The notes under the pieces were generated by a model. The model was given only the letters and a program-made list of their open reading frames with translations, had not been told where the DNA came from and did not search any database. This document shows, in pieces, positions 21,087-34,444 of a DNA stretch of 44,713 nt. The stretch comes from Octopus bimaculoides (taxonomy: Eukaryota), in the NCBI RefSeq assembly GCF_001194135.2, contig NC_068987.1:107428754-107473466 (forward strand), in the 5' to 3' direction. Positions within the stretch are counted from its first letter, which is position 1. Every line of letters begins with the position of its first letter. The translations under genes and the position numbers were made by a program.

Positions 21087-21737
21087 TGTTTCGCACTTCC
21101 TATATTTCAAACACTTGTTACCTGGTGCAAGCAAGTGTAAGACGGATAATCATTTCTTCATATTATTTGTTAGCATTAGAACTATGGGGGAAAAAAAAAG
21201 ATGTTGCATCGAATACACGATTATATAATGCACCATTTCATTCTGATTAGAAATCGGCAGACTGACGATTTCCAGGTACATATATTAAACTTATTTAAAC
21301 ATTTTACAAAATAAAAATGTTTCAAATTTTGCCACAAGGCCAGTAATTTCAGAAGAGCGGTTACTGGCTCCCAAAGGATCAAAAGGCAAAGGCGACACCA
21401 GTGGCATGTAAACTCAGAACGTAATGTCTAAAGAATTGCTGTTTAACATTTTTCCCGGCGTGGTGAAGATTCTATTCTACGAATATTGACGTGTATATAA
21501 AAATATGTGTGGGTCTCTGTGTGGGGGTAGGTGGATTGACTGAGCGAGCGCGAAAGAGTGTGCGTGTGTTTATATTTTCATTCGCTGAAACACTCGTATA
21601 CGCATAAATATTTATACACACACATAGACACACATATGCACACATATGAATGCACATACACACACGCATACATGCACATATATATAATTTGCACCTACGC
21701 CCATGCATATGCACATGCACCCTTCATATGCAAGCGC

Positions 21738-21742
<5 letters not shown>

Positions 21743-21798
<56 letters not shown>
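21743..21798. repeat. (TG)n microsatellite
   Basis: Perfect TG run of about 28 units. Confidence 0.95.
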
Positions 21799-21806
<8 letters not shown>

Positions 21807-22163
21807 TGTCTGATGTCATGTAAGGAAGAATGCGTTTGTAAGAAAATCTCTTCACGTTGCAGAGTTCGATCGCAACACTTGGCGATTTCTGCGAGTGACT
21901 TTCTATGCATGCAAGAAAAAAAAAAATTCTACATTCTGGACTGCGTTTCAAAATATATTTCAAGTATATATTTCACTGGCCTATGAATAGCATTTGAATA
22001 GTCATGGAATTATTTGCATGCTCCTATATTGGTCCGTCTGTACACCAATGTTCCGCTAAGTCTTGTAAAGCAAAGATTAAAAAATGCTGCGAATGAATCT
22101 TCACATTCTCGTAAATAGTGCGATCGTTAGAACGGCACACGAAATTTATGTTTTTAAATCAGA

Positions 22164-22288
22164 ATGTGAATGCGCATGGCTTACTGTTTAGAGTATTCTG
22201 TTCACGTTAGCAAGGTCGTGAGTTCAATATCCGTTATACGGTGGCGCGTTGTGTCCTTGAGCAAGGCACGTAACTGACGGAGTGCCAG
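22164..22288 (+). mobile_element. Miniature internally deleted SINE (family 2 head fused to the extreme tail), flanked by 10-bp direct repeat ttaaatcaga
   Basis: gcgcatggcttactgtttag...gagttcaat...gttgtgtccttgagcaaggcac joined directly to gtaactgacggagtgcca; ttaaatcaga at 22154-22163 and 22289-22298. Confidence 0.75.
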
Positions 22289-24016
22289 TTAAATCAGAGA
22301 TGAGTTCAATTCCTACTTATCTCTATCGTGTTTCTTGGGTCCGATAAAAAATGACGTATCAGTCATGTACCAGGGTTGGTATAATTGACTGTTCCTTCAC
22401 AGCAATATATTTTGCTGTGTAATAATTTTTTTTAAAAAATCAATAAGTTCTCTCGAACATATTTACCTTAACTGATAAAATATTCGAAGTATTTTTTGAA
22501 AAAAATTTTCTTTTCTGGTTTAACTTCTGTACTATTGCAAAGCAACCGTGTGGAACAAGTAAATTTTCGAAATTTGTGAACAAAATTTCCATGTTGTCTA
22601 AGGGAATTGTAATATTTACTTTCAAATCTATATATGTTGTATTAAATATATTTTAATATTTTAATATCTTTCAAATATTCGTATTTTCTTTCGAATGATA
22701 TTGTATTTATCTTATCCTGCTTCCCTTTCATAAATTTGATTGTAAAGATCAAATGAAAAACATTATAGTTTTAATAAAACAGAAGTATAAACATTTGAAA
22801 TGAAACCGCACTTTCCGTCTCATTTATTGTAAACAATTAACTGTGTACATCTGTATGTGTGTACATGCGTGCGTGCACGTGTGTGTTTGTGTGCGGGTGT
22901 CTATATGTGTGCATTGTAAGAATTCATATGCTTGTATGTTTCTGTGAGTGCGCACAATTATGATTGTGTGTGTATGCAGGTGTGTGTGTATGTGTGTGTT
23001 TGTATATGTATATTTGCGTGCATGCTGAGCAATTATATATAGGTGTATGAATATCTGTGTATATGTGTGCGTGTACGTGTGCGTGTGTCTGTATATATAT
23101 ATATGTGTGTGTGTGTGTCTGAGAGAGAAATAGAGGGAGAGAGAATGTGAGCTTGTTTACGTTTTTTAAGTTGTTTCAACTCCATTTAAAGATAATGAAA
23201 AGTGTATTTAGATATTCTAAACATTAAAATGTAATTCGTATTACGTTTTAAATACTTTCATTTTAAACATTAAAACCATATCTTTGTTACATTAAAATCT
23301 CTCCTATTCAGCTTTAATTTTATGCTGAAATATGAAGAATATGGCGTGATTAAAAGTTTATGAAGAATGGTAAGGTGATGAAATATTTTTAAATTGCAGT
23401 TAAATCTCCTTCAAGAAATTTTTCTTTCATTATTTAACTGGTTACATTGTCTCGACTTCGACCACACTTGGGTATTGATAACATGGTTTCTTAGATTACG
23501 TAAAACTGCGTTAATTTGCAACGGAATTATGTTCCCAATCGTGGGAAGCAGAATCGTATGAGAGGTGAAACTAGCAAAGTGAGGCAGAAATAGATTATAT
23601 ACAGCCACAATACTTACATCTATACATAGATATATACACACAGGCATGTTTACATTCATACATACATACATACATACAGACATACATAAAAATCCATCCA
23701 TCTTTACACAAACGTTCATACATGCATACTTAATATCCATTTACATCTACATATCAAAACATATGTATGCGCGCGTGTTTGTGTATGTATATATAATTCC
23801 GCACACACGTACACTCAAATTCGCTCACACAGACTCGCATACACGCACACGCACACGCACACGTACGCACACGCGCACATGATACCCCCCACTTGCACAT
23901 GTCCTCTTATTTCCAGACAATAAACTTCTTCTTTTCCTCAATAACATATTACCTCCCCTTCTAGTTTCTGTTGCCATTTTATAATTGTGACATAATCCCC
24001 TAGAAACGGAGAAAAT

Positions 24017-24310
24017 TTCAATAAATCATTAATTTATGTCGTATAGTGTTTGAAATGCCTGCATTTGTCTCTGATGTTGATATACATGTCACTGGTCACT
24101 CTAAGTTATCTCTCTCAGCTCATTTTCATTTAATTTGTGCGAATTGCATACGCCTTATATGTCCATCGCCAGCTGAATAGGAAACCTCTCATTCTGATAA
24201 CACTTACTGAGGTAGAAACACTGGCCCACGAGTCTTTATCTCCAGACAATAGACCGTCTTTTATCTCCAGATAATAAACCTTTGAGGACCACACTAGCAA
24301 CACTAGAAAC
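24017..24310 (+). repeat. 294-bp direct repeat, copy 1
   Basis: About 95% identical by manual alignment (~14 substitutions) to 25107-25400; offset 1090 bp. Confidence 0.95.
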
Positions 24311-24651
24311 ATTATCACAGACAACACAATATGCATTCTGCACCTAATTTACAACAGGCACAGCAGTTGCAAACTGAGCAAAGAAATATCAAATACACAG
24401 CTATAGACGCAAACAGTAAAGAGTCGTTGAACTATGAACATCAATAGATAAGCATCACGCAAAATAGGAGCATCACCCTTATAAATAACAAATATATATT
24501 CGAATATTTCCGAAGGACAAAAACCAAATGCTATTACTAGAACTTACTGGCGGAAAGCTACAAAATAGGCTAGAAGGATGGATCGTCTGTGCTTCGTCGG
24601 AATAAGGTTAGAGTTCCGTCTCACTTTGCCCCATTTTATCCAACATCGTCT

Positions 24652-24960
24652 CATTCAAAATAAGTAGTTTGAATGCACGTGACCTGTGGTTGCCAGGAGA
24701 CAATGCCCCCTACTTTTCGACGTTTCATCGCAACATTTAAATTTGTTGAAGCTCAGTGAAATAAAGATCTCCAAGTCAAAAGTTTTTGCATACATCTTCG
24801 GAAGGCACGAAGTTTTAGTTCAGCAATCGGCCAGATGAAATTTGGAAATGCTCTTTTCTTTCGGAAAGATCTCGATATCTTGATACGCACTCTTTTTATG
24901 GACCCAGAAGGTAAATTCGTTGTATAGGACATGACCAACAGCAAAGATCATAGCTTCTTA
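24652..24960 (+). pseudogene. Decayed N-terminus of L1/Tx1-type ORF2 (APE-like endonuclease)
   Basis: Broken frames read FKISSLNARDL (cf. xSLNxRGL), LSEIKI (cf. QET/SET motif), and GNALFFRKDLDILIRTLFMDPEGKFVV*DM at 24844-24933 (cf. GVAxLxRK...DxxGRxxxLD). Stops and frameshifts present. Confidence 0.7.
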
Positions 24961-25106
24961 GAAACGTCTAGATATTTAGCACTAAGAGGAGAGGGGAACA
25001 GCATTTACGACGCACACTCCAGCCCTGCTCAAGTAGCTGTTTGATAGGTTTCCACAATTTGAGGCGTTATAGTCTGGTGCATAGCAACTAGAAACTGGGC
25101 AAGCCG

Positions 25107-25400
25107 TTCAATAAATCATTAATTTATGTCGTATAGTGTTTGAAATGCCTGCATTTGTCTATGATGTTGATATACATGTCACTGGTCACTCTAAGTTATC
25201 TCTCTCAGCTCATTTTCATTAAATTTGTGCGAATTGCATACGCCATATATGTCCATCGCCAGTTTAATAGGAAACCTCTCATTCTGATAACACTTACTGA
25301 GGTAGAAACACTGGCCCACAAGTCTTTTTCTCCAGACAATAGACCGTCTTTTATCTCTGGACAATAAAACTTTGAGGACCACCCTACCATCACTAGAAAC
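25107..25400 (+). repeat. 294-bp direct repeat, copy 2, bracketed by actagaaactgggcaa
   Basis: See copy 1; the 16-mer occurs at 25087-25102 and 25392-25407. Confidence 0.95.
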
Positions 25401-27109
25401 TGGGCAACACGTTTCTGTCGTGCAAAGATAACAGAGACTGGAGTTGCGCGAAATGTTTAAGTGGGTGTTGATAGAGATATTGACAACAATAAATGTCATT
25501 CGTCCTGAACAGAGCGACTGGCGAAAAGTGAAGTAGATTTTGTGTAGCAAAGAATTAGTGATACAGAAGAAACAGATTAGAGAAATGCCTAGTAGTAAAC
25601 GTAAAAGAGGAGCTTAGGAAATGCGGCGTGACTGACGTGCATGCAGAAATATTGCCTCTCCTCACACACACCTGCTTTTCAAGGCAAAGCACGATGTTGG
25701 GTTGACAGTATGAAGATGCGTGCTCTCGAACATGAAGAAATGAAGATTGTTCGAGAAGTTAGCATGAGGATAGCACAACAAAGCAACAAATAATTCGTTC
25801 TTTACATCCTATTATGACAGCGTGCTATTCGATTTTAGCCTCTGTTTCCCGACTGTTGAGTTTGAGTCGGAAAGGGGATCGCAGCATAAGCTTTAATGAC
25901 GACATAAACGGCCTATCTACTCGTTGCTTCCTAATTTACGACCGATGGTGTCTTCTGAAGACTTGCTCTTTTGAACTCCTCTTACTTTTGTTATTTAAAT
26001 TGTGTTTCTCTGTCTCTCGATCCTTTCGAACAGAAAAACACAGAAGCAAATCGTGTTGATCCGGCGTTTTTGCCCTGCAACGGACGTATCACAGCTTTCT
26101 TTCGAGCATGCATAAACGTATAATAATAAACATCGGCATAAGCAATGCGTAGACCTGAGAAATCAACACGACCTGATATCCCTGCGAAGCCTTTAGAAGA
26201 TCTCAATGCTTGTCATTTTCCTGTAAAGTTCAAAAGCGGCAGTCAACACCGTCCTAAGTATTATTAATCCTGACCCTCACGTAATTATCCAGTTTCATTA
26301 AGGCTTGAACTTCTAAGAAGGCGTATAATACGTCAGCTCAGCTCTTTGCTTTCATTTAATAAATGCTATCTGCATCTAAATTTTTCATAGGCACACAAAA
26401 GGCTGTGTGGCCTTCGATATATACAGCATTGTTTCCTTTTCTCGCTGTTTAATTAAATGATGAAATAAGGGTGCACATTTTTTCTTACGTAGATATATTT
26501 GAAACTAAAAGACGCATTTTCCCACTAGATGATTCATGATGTTAACAAGTTCATTAGCTTTTTTGTGTTGACAGAAAGAAGGGTTCTAATTAGTTTGTTT
26601 ATCGCTTAGTTCAGTTTTCTCAGCGTTTCTTCTTTTGACAAAATGCTTTCATATTGTTGCTGTTGTCGTTCTCAACGTAGATATTTTCTTTTAAGTTGTT
26701 CAAAATGATGCTGGTATTTTTCTTTCAGTTAACTATCTTTCCATGTATTGTTGAATGGCGTGAACTCTACAGAGAAATTGAATTTAATCTCTATTTCTTC
26801 CTGTTTACATTCTGTAACAAAAAAAAAAAAAGAGAAGAAAAAACAAAAAACAAAAACGTGTTTGATTTCGTTCATGCTTTCACAGGCGTTTTTACATAGA
26901 GTATCCATGTTGTTCATTAACGGGTGGGAAAAAAATGTTTCGCAAATTAATGTCCTATTTCCTTAAACGGGGAAACCACGCACAAATAAATTCTATCCAG
27001 ATTATGCAAAAGATGGGCATAACAAATTTAACTTCAACACGTTTTCCACTGCGAAGAAATCCAAGATACTGTAAGGCACTAATGCCTACCCCGCAGCAAA
27101 AGCAAGTGG

Positions 27110-27330
27110 TTACGACGACGACGACAACGATGTCAGTGATGATGATGATGATGATGATGAAGGTGGTGGTGGCGGCGTCGGCGGCAGCGATGGTGGTGGT
27201 GGTGGTGGTGGTGGCAGCGGTGGTGGTGGTGGTGGTAGTGGTGATAACGAAGATGATGATAATGATGACAATGACGACGATGGTGATAATGATGATGATG
27301 ATGATGAGGAGCATGGTGATGATGACGATT
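27110..27330. repeat. Compound (GAC)/(GAT)/(GGT) microsatellite
   Basis: Direct reading. Confidence 0.9.
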
Positions 27331-27803
27331 ATCGGAAATTCTTTTATCTTCAAGATATCAAGGACAGTACAAAGACGGAATCCAGGCGAGTCGAACAAAC
27401 AAATAAAAGGATTAAGCAAGGAACAATGGAATGGATTTGATCGAAGATAACAATAAAAGCAGACATGAAAACTAATAGTAAACAGAACATCAATAATACA
27501 GAACAGGGAGGAGAAAAATATCTTTCATACAGGGATCCAAACGCATCAATAGCGCCATCATGTTTATCAGAATCATGTCACCACATTAAACTGATATAGC
27601 GAATCAAATATCTTGTACTATTTCGCACCGCGTAAGTAATGTGGCGTGGCGAATAGAAACAGACGTTGATGACAAAATAATACGCAAATGCCCATGGAAA
27701 TATACATACGTACATACGTACATACAAACATACGTACGTACATACATATATACATACATATATATATAGACATACATACATATATACATACAAACGTATT
27801 CAT

Positions 27804-28240
27804 AGGCGTACGAGTGGCTTTATGGTAACTAGCTTGTTTACGAACCACATGGTTCCACGTTCAGTCCCACTGCGTCGCACCTTGGGCAAGTGCCTTCTAC
27901 TATAGCCTCGGGTCAACCAAAGCATTGTGAGTGGATTTGGTAGACGGAAACTGAAAGAAGTCCGTCGTATATATNNNNNNNNNNGACGGAAACTGAAAGA
28001 AGTCCGTCGTATATATATATATATATATATATATATAGGCGTGTGTGTATATGTTTGTGTGTTTGTGTTTGTCCACCCAACCTCACTTGACAATCGATGC
28101 TGGTGCATTTACGTGACCGTAACTTAGCGGTTCGGCAAAAGGGGCCGATCGAATAAGTCCTGGGGTCGATTTGCTCGACTAAAGCTGATGCCCCAGCATG
28201 GCCACCTTCAAATGACTGAAACAAGTAAAAGAATAAAAGA
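27804..28240 (+). mobile_element. SINE family 1, bipartite near-complete copy
   Basis: gagtggctttatggtaactagcttgtttacgaaccacatggttccacgttcagtcccactgcg...gaaagaagtccgtcgtata, microsatellite, then module 2 ending aaatgactgaaacaagtaaaagaataaaaga. Confidence 0.9.
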
Positions 28241-28557
28241 ATACATATATACATGCATATATACATCCATACAAACATAGACAGATAGATAAATAGATAG
28301 ATAGATAAAAATCTTTCCAGATTTCTTTTGAAATCGATGGAATCTTTTTCTTCTTTGATTTGTTTTGGGGTAATGTTAAAGAGAGCAAAGCTTGTTGACG
28401 CAAAGAACGTGTGGTATTGTAGTGAATCTATGCGCTGTGAGACTCAAAGCGACGATGGAGAGAATAAATATTACGTATGTATATATATATGTGCATACAT
28501 GCATGCACATACATATAAATGTATATGCTTTTGAGCTAATATTAAATATTACAACTG

Positions 28558-28652
28558 TAGCTCGCTGGCAGAATGGTTACCACGAGCGGGCGAAATGCTT
28601 AACGGCATTTCGTCCGTCTTGATATTCTGAGTCCAAATTCTCCCGTTGTGCC
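28558..28652 (+). mobile_element. SINE family 4, 5' fragment
   Basis: gctggcagaatggttaccacgagcgggcgaaatgcttaacggcatttcgtccgtc...ttctgagtccaaattc. Confidence 0.8.
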
Positions 28653-28865
28653 AAATTAACATTAAATACATTACATGGTTTGTAACCAGCTAAGAAGGAT
28701 AGCTCTCCGTCATCATTTGACAATATACGACCCTACAGTCTTAAAGATAGGGTGAAATATTTTGCAGTGCAAAATAACACAGAGCTAGACCTGCTATTTC
28801 TTTAAGGGTATTTGTTATTTTATTACTGCCCACAAGTGGCTACACACAGATGAGACAAACAAACG

Positions 28866-29031
28866 AATCAAGTCGATTATATCGACCCCAGTGAGTAACT
28901 GGTACTTATTTAATCGACCCCGAAAGGATGAAAGGCAAAGTCGACCTCGGCGGAATTTGAACTCAGAACGTAGCGGCAGACGAAATACCGCTAAATATTT
29001 CGCCCGGCGTACTAACGATTCTGCCAGCTCG
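28866..29031 (-). mobile_element. SINE family 4, well-preserved copy
   Basis: rc: cgagctggcagaatcgttagtacgccgggcgaaata...cgttctgagttcaaattccgccgaggtcgactttgcctttcatcctttcggggtcgattaaataagtaccagttactcactggggtcgatataatcgac. Confidence 0.9.
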
Positions 29032-29799
29032 GGTATTTCTGTTAATTTAGATGTGACCTGAGTAAACACAACATTAAGTAAAGTAAAAACGTTAAAGAAT
29101 ATGGCGAGGCTGCGAAGCGAGAAGAACAAGATCAGCCACAAAACTGACATGGTTATATGTACGAATCTGTGTCTATTTGTCTGGATGTTGTAAATATATT
29201 TTTATATGGCGCCAAATGTTTTATTAACATATTTGTACAGGAAGATAAGAAGGATGGCATTAAAAGTATAAAAGATTAAATTATATTGACAAGAACCCTG
29301 CTCCACTCCCAAAAGAAACATACTACCTAATCAAGGAAATAAATGAAAAGAAAAATGGGGAATTAAGCAGTAAAAGTTGAAGGAGGGAGGAAATGGTTGT
29401 GCACCCCACAAAAAACTGCGGGTGTAGCTACATCTCATAGACATGATTGAAAAAACGTTGCTGAGGTCACTCGCCTGTGACACTTGCTGCAACAACCATT
29501 CCACAACGCCGGGCTCATTCCTCAGCTGAGAGTGTATCTGTGACATAATTGGTGATGATGGAACTAGCAGCCAAAGCTCTCAAATGTCAACCGTATCATC
29601 TTTTCTTAATGGACGATCATCACATAGAGATGAATGTGTCATAGGGGTACGATAATTATGATTAGAAAACAAAAGACAGGATGGTCAAGGCTAGAACGTC
29701 TTTCATCAAAGAGGTTTCCTCATTTGCAGCTGACTTGGAACTAAACAAAAAGTAGAACAACAAATACAGAACAAACAGCAAAACATCAACAGAAACAGC

Positions 29800-29945
29800 G
29801 TCATCGTCCTCCTCCTCCTCCTCCCCATCATCATCGTCGTCGTCGTTACCGCCGCCGTTTTAATCGTCATCATCATTGTCATCATCATCATCATCATCAT
29901 CAACAACAACAGCAACAGCAACAACAACAACAACAAAAACAACGG
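29800..29945. repeat. Compound (CCT)/(CAT)/(CAA) microsatellite
   Basis: Direct reading. Confidence 0.9.
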
Positions 29946-30724
29946 CATGACAACGACAAAATGGTTTATAATCGATTTCCACGTCTCCAAAGTTTTAAAA
30001 GCACGTGACATGACACAGAAGTAATTTCGAAAATGTTCTCGAATTATATTGTTATATATAATATTTCCTACTTTGTCATGTTATTTTTTGTTTATTTCTT
30101 TCATAAAATTCATAGTAGGCAGTAAACAATATTTTTTTTTCTTTATGCTCTGTATCCCATAAACACATTAAACTGTTATAGTTTTGCTGCAAACATATGG
30201 CGGAAATGTTTCACAAAAATCCTATTTCACTTTAATTGTATAGTAAAACATATCGAAAATCAAATTTAGCCAAAAAATATGTAGATTAATAATTTCATTT
30301 TAAACATTAAAGCTAGCTGTATTCTCCAGTAAGTATTGCCGACTTTGTGTGATGCTGCCTCTTATTTTGATAAAACCACTAAAAATGCGCACGTTGGGAA
30401 ATAATCAAATAGTTACATATTTTCGGGTAAAGACTTGGGATTTGCTGTCTCTCCTGTGTACCAATTCCAGTATTCATGATATTTCACATAATTGCATGCT
30501 AGCAGTTTTGGCTACAAAATATTATACATTAAAAAAGATGTCGGTCATTTGAATAATTCTCGTACAAACCATTGTACTTGGTGACTCGACTTACTGTATA
30601 TAACAGCTAAATATCATCCGAGTGATATCATACTCTCTCAAATGATGCGATGGATTGATACACCCGTACGTAATTATAATCTTTTCTGTTATGGACATAA
30701 AGCCATGGTTATTTTAGAAGAGGC

Positions 30725-30864
30725 TGGTCCATTACAGCGACGCCAACGCTCATCTGGTACTTATTTCATCGACCACGACAGAATGAAAAGCAAAGTCGAA
30801 CTCGGTGAGATTATGAACGTAGAGCGTAAAGACGGACGAAATACCAGTTAAGCGCGATGCCCGG
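30725..30864 (-). mobile_element. SINE family 4, diverged copy
   Basis: ctggtacttatttcatcgaccacgacagaatgaaaagcaaagtcgaactcgg...gacggacgaaatacc is collinear with 28866-29031. Confidence 0.75.
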
Positions 30865-31557
30865 AAAAGGAACAGGCTTAAACATGAATCTGCTTCATAG
30901 GGTGAGTTCTTGGGGCGTTAAAGTTCAATAACAACAATAGCAGCAATTGCCTATTGACTACAAATATATTGGATTGATGAATTTTATATCGCACCCGATA
31001 TATCCAACTTGCATGGCTTTCTGATATTTAACCGTGTTCTTATTTATCACGCAGTCAACCCAGATGCTGGAGACCAACGATGACAGCCGTCTCAGCGTTT
31101 GTGCCAAACCGTCTTTTATAGAGACATTCAGTAACTTGAGCTGTATTTACTATATTATAGAACATGTCTTCCGTTTTCAAAGACGGTGAGGAGATGCGGA
31201 TGCAATGTGAGCACTCTTTAGATTTAGTCACAGAGAGAAAATCATTGCATTATGATCATATTTCAAGGAGTTTTCAAATCCGCTGAAGTGTGTGTGTGTG
31301 CATGTGTGTTTCCGTATATACATACATATATACATATATATANNNNNNNNNNNNNNNNNNNNNNNNNNNNNNNNNNNNNNNNNNNNNNNNNNNNNNNNNN
31401 NNNNNNNNNNNNNNNNNNNNNNNNNNNNNNNNNNNNNNNNNNNNNNNNNNNNNNNNNNNNNNNNNNNNNNNNNNNNNNNNNNNNNNNNNNNNNNNNNNNN
31501 NNNNNNNNNNNNNNNNNNNNNNNNNNNNNNNNNNNNNNNNNNNNNNNNNNNNNNNNN

Positions 31558-31588
<31 letters not shown>

Positions 31589-32142
31589 TACAAAAATAAG
31601 AGGAATGACCAGCAAAAGTGGACTCCTATATGCTAGAAATAGATGCCGAATCATCTAACCACGAAAAATATGTTTTCAGTAAAAATTTAGCGACACAACA
31701 GACTGTAAAAGGGCAAGACAAGTGAAAAAAATACTAAATAAGAATAAAAAAACGATTACCCTACGTACCATGGTTTCACCTGTTAAAATTTACATAAGTA
31801 AATATCTGCAGTATTGTTTCATTTGTCTTATCGGAATCACTCAACGTTTCCTATGATGTTCTCTATACGACTGGCTAGGTGAGTTGAGCTCTTTAACCCT
31901 GGGGACGGAGTAATATTTCATTGAGGAAGATTAATCAAATCTGAAATCAGTGTTGATATGATTCCATCTTGCTTGCCGTAGGAAGCATGTTTCTCTTGTC
32001 AGTTGTCAGAAAAGTGCTCTTACGTGGCTTAGAGGGGTTTCGACTCTTACTTCTAGCACACTCCGTTACTTTAGTGTCGACTATACTCGTTGCTTTTTCG
32101 GTTGAAAATTGCAAATGGACACCTGAATAATTTATGTGTGTG

Positions 32143-32180
<38 letters not shown>

Positions 32181-32204
32181 TACGCGCGTGTGTGTGCAAG
32201 TGTG

Positions 32205-32531
32205 TGCTTCCCATCCACATAGTTCCGAGTTCAGACTCGCTGCCTGGCACCATGAGCAAGTGCCTTCTGTTACAGCCTGGGACTGACCCANNNNNNNNNN
32301 NNNNNNNNNNNNNNNNNNNNNNNNNNNNNNNNNNNNNNNNNNNNNNNNNNNNNNNNNNNNNNNNNNNNNNNNNNNNNNNNNNNNNNNNNNNNNNNNNNNN
32401 NNNNNNNNNNNNNNNNNNNNNNNNNNNNNNNNNNNNNNNNNNNNNNNNNNNNNNNNNNNNNNNNNNNNNNNNNNNNNNNNNNNNNNNNNNNNNNNNNNNN
32501 NNNNNNNNNNNNNNNNNNNNNNNNNNNNNNN

Positions 32532-32573
<42 letters not shown>

Positions 32574-32818
32574 GTGCACGTGTGTGTGTATGTGTGCGTC
32601 TCCTGGTGTGGGTTTGTCCACTCGCCCATCACACCGCATGACAATCATTGCTAGTATGTTTACGAAACTGTACTTTAGCGGTTCGACAAAAGAAACCAAC
32701 ACAATAAGTACTAGGCTTAGAATAATTCCTGGTGGCGATTTCTGGGACTTAAAGCAATTAAGATGATGTTCCAGAATGGCCGCGGTCAAATGACTGAAAC
32801 ATGTAAAAGAATGAAAAA
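32205..32818 (+). mobile_element. SINE family 1, diverged bipartite copy spanning a gap
   Basis: tgcttcccatccacatagttccgagttcag...gagcaagtgccttct before the gap; (TA)n and module 2 (aataagtactaggcttag...ggccgcggtcaaatgactgaaacatgtaaaaga) after it. Confidence 0.8.
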
Positions 32819-34444
32819 ATATAAGCATAAAATAATGTGTGTGTATGAGTGTGTGTGTGTGGGTGTTTGTGTGTGTGTGTTTTTGTGTGACTGTTTATAT
32901 ATGTATCTATATGCATAAATATATATATACACAAGCATATTGATTCATAGAGAAACGTTTGTGTACGAATAAAGGCAATACTCAGTACATAAAATGGAGC
33001 TCATATTGATAAACAGATCGACACATGTTCTGCATATAATAAAATAAGAACCTTTCGAAGTGCTGCATCACTTTGCTAACAAGTCGGACTCTGCAAATAC
33101 TCTCCTTAAATGTTTTGATGTGGCAATCCAAGTAAGGTGAAATTAATTTGAATACCCTGCTCCACCCAAATTTTGGAATTTAGCCTTCTCGGGAGGGGCT
33201 AACACCGCAGGGTGGGAAACAGTTGGTATGTTGTATGCATTATGCATAATCTAATGATTTTTAAAATTTTTATCGAGACAGGATGATCGTTGCAGGGCCA
33301 ATGGAATCTCGATGACTAATCGTATTCCGACGTTTTTTTAAGAATATTTCTTCCTTATTCGGGGTGGATACGATTCCTTTCTTCAACCGTGTGAATAGTC
33401 GATAAATCGCCCACGCGTACACATACGCACACACACATTCATATTACACATGCGCGCGTATGTGCATGGGTGCGTATCAATGGAGATTAGTCTGTGTATA
33501 GATGGATGTGCGCGCAATCGCGTAAGTAGGTGTGGAGACATAAAAAAAAGTTTTGGTCATTAATAAATTGCATGATATCGTGCAATCTATATATATACAC
33601 ATGTATAATAGATACACACACGCATATACATAAGCACTCTCTATATGTATGTGTGTGTATATATATATATATATGCATGCGTGTGTAATATATAGATGTA
33701 TATAAATATNNNNNNNNNNNNNNNNNNNNNNNNNNNNNNNNNNNNNNNNNNNNNNNNNNNNNNNNNNNNNNNNNNNNNNNNNNNNNNNNNNNNNNNNNNN
33801 NNNNNNNNNTATATATATATATATATATATATAAATACAAAGAAACGAAAGCTACTAAACATATAGCGACGTTCCACAGCATCTACTACACCTATACATT
33901 GGACAGAACCGCAATGATATTAATAAAAACAACAGAAACAGTAAGCAGAGAAACCTACATACAAAATTATTCTGACTCTTTCTGAATATTTGTCCATCAA
34001 TTATCATCTTATCACTCTATTTCCATTTGTACGTATAATACTGTTTTATTGTACATCACTATTTTCTTCTTTCTTTTTACCTTTTTTTTATGTTTCCTCT
34101 ATATTTCTTTCTTTTTTCTTTGCTAGTAGAGTTCGCAAAGATGGTTGTTACAGCAACCTTCTACGCACACTGGTTTCCTCCACTTCTCTCCTTCGTTTTT
34201 TCTTTATTTAAATTTATTTAGCAGTCATCTTCAACTACCACCAACTTCTCTATCAAAAGACTTCTTTTTTTCTATCTCTACATACACTGTAGCAGCATTA
34301 TTTATTATCTATTCAACACCATATTGCGAAACGTTTCGTCGAAATTTATCATCCTCAACTAAATCCATAGTGACATATTTGTCAAAAAATTCGTCTGTTT
34401 ATATTTGTATGATGTTTATATGCTTTATAATATAAATGCCGACC

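Noticed and set aside
25724-25756. Perfect 9-bp stem hairpin (tctcgaaca/tgttcgaga); similar small stems at ~8172-8201 and ~10439-10458
   Set aside because: A few such stems are expected by chance in a window this size.
25991-26228. Minus-strand peptide GFAGISGRVDFSG resembling the FxGxSGxVxF motif of class C GPCR or receptor ligand-binding domains
   Set aside because: All three phases downstream of the only good acceptor (ctttacag at ~26221) hit stops before or at the motif, and the rest of the peptide does not fit; likely chance.
27943-28016. Exact 32-bp duplication of SINE sequence around a 10-N gap
   Set aside because: Same artefact pattern; not counted as a biological tandem duplication.
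33184-33225. 42-bp AG...GTATGT bounded candidate microexon on + strand (similar 33-bp candidate at ~11026-11058)
   Set aside because: Splice-like pairs of this quality are expected by chance in 44 kb; no recognisable peptide or supporting neighbours.
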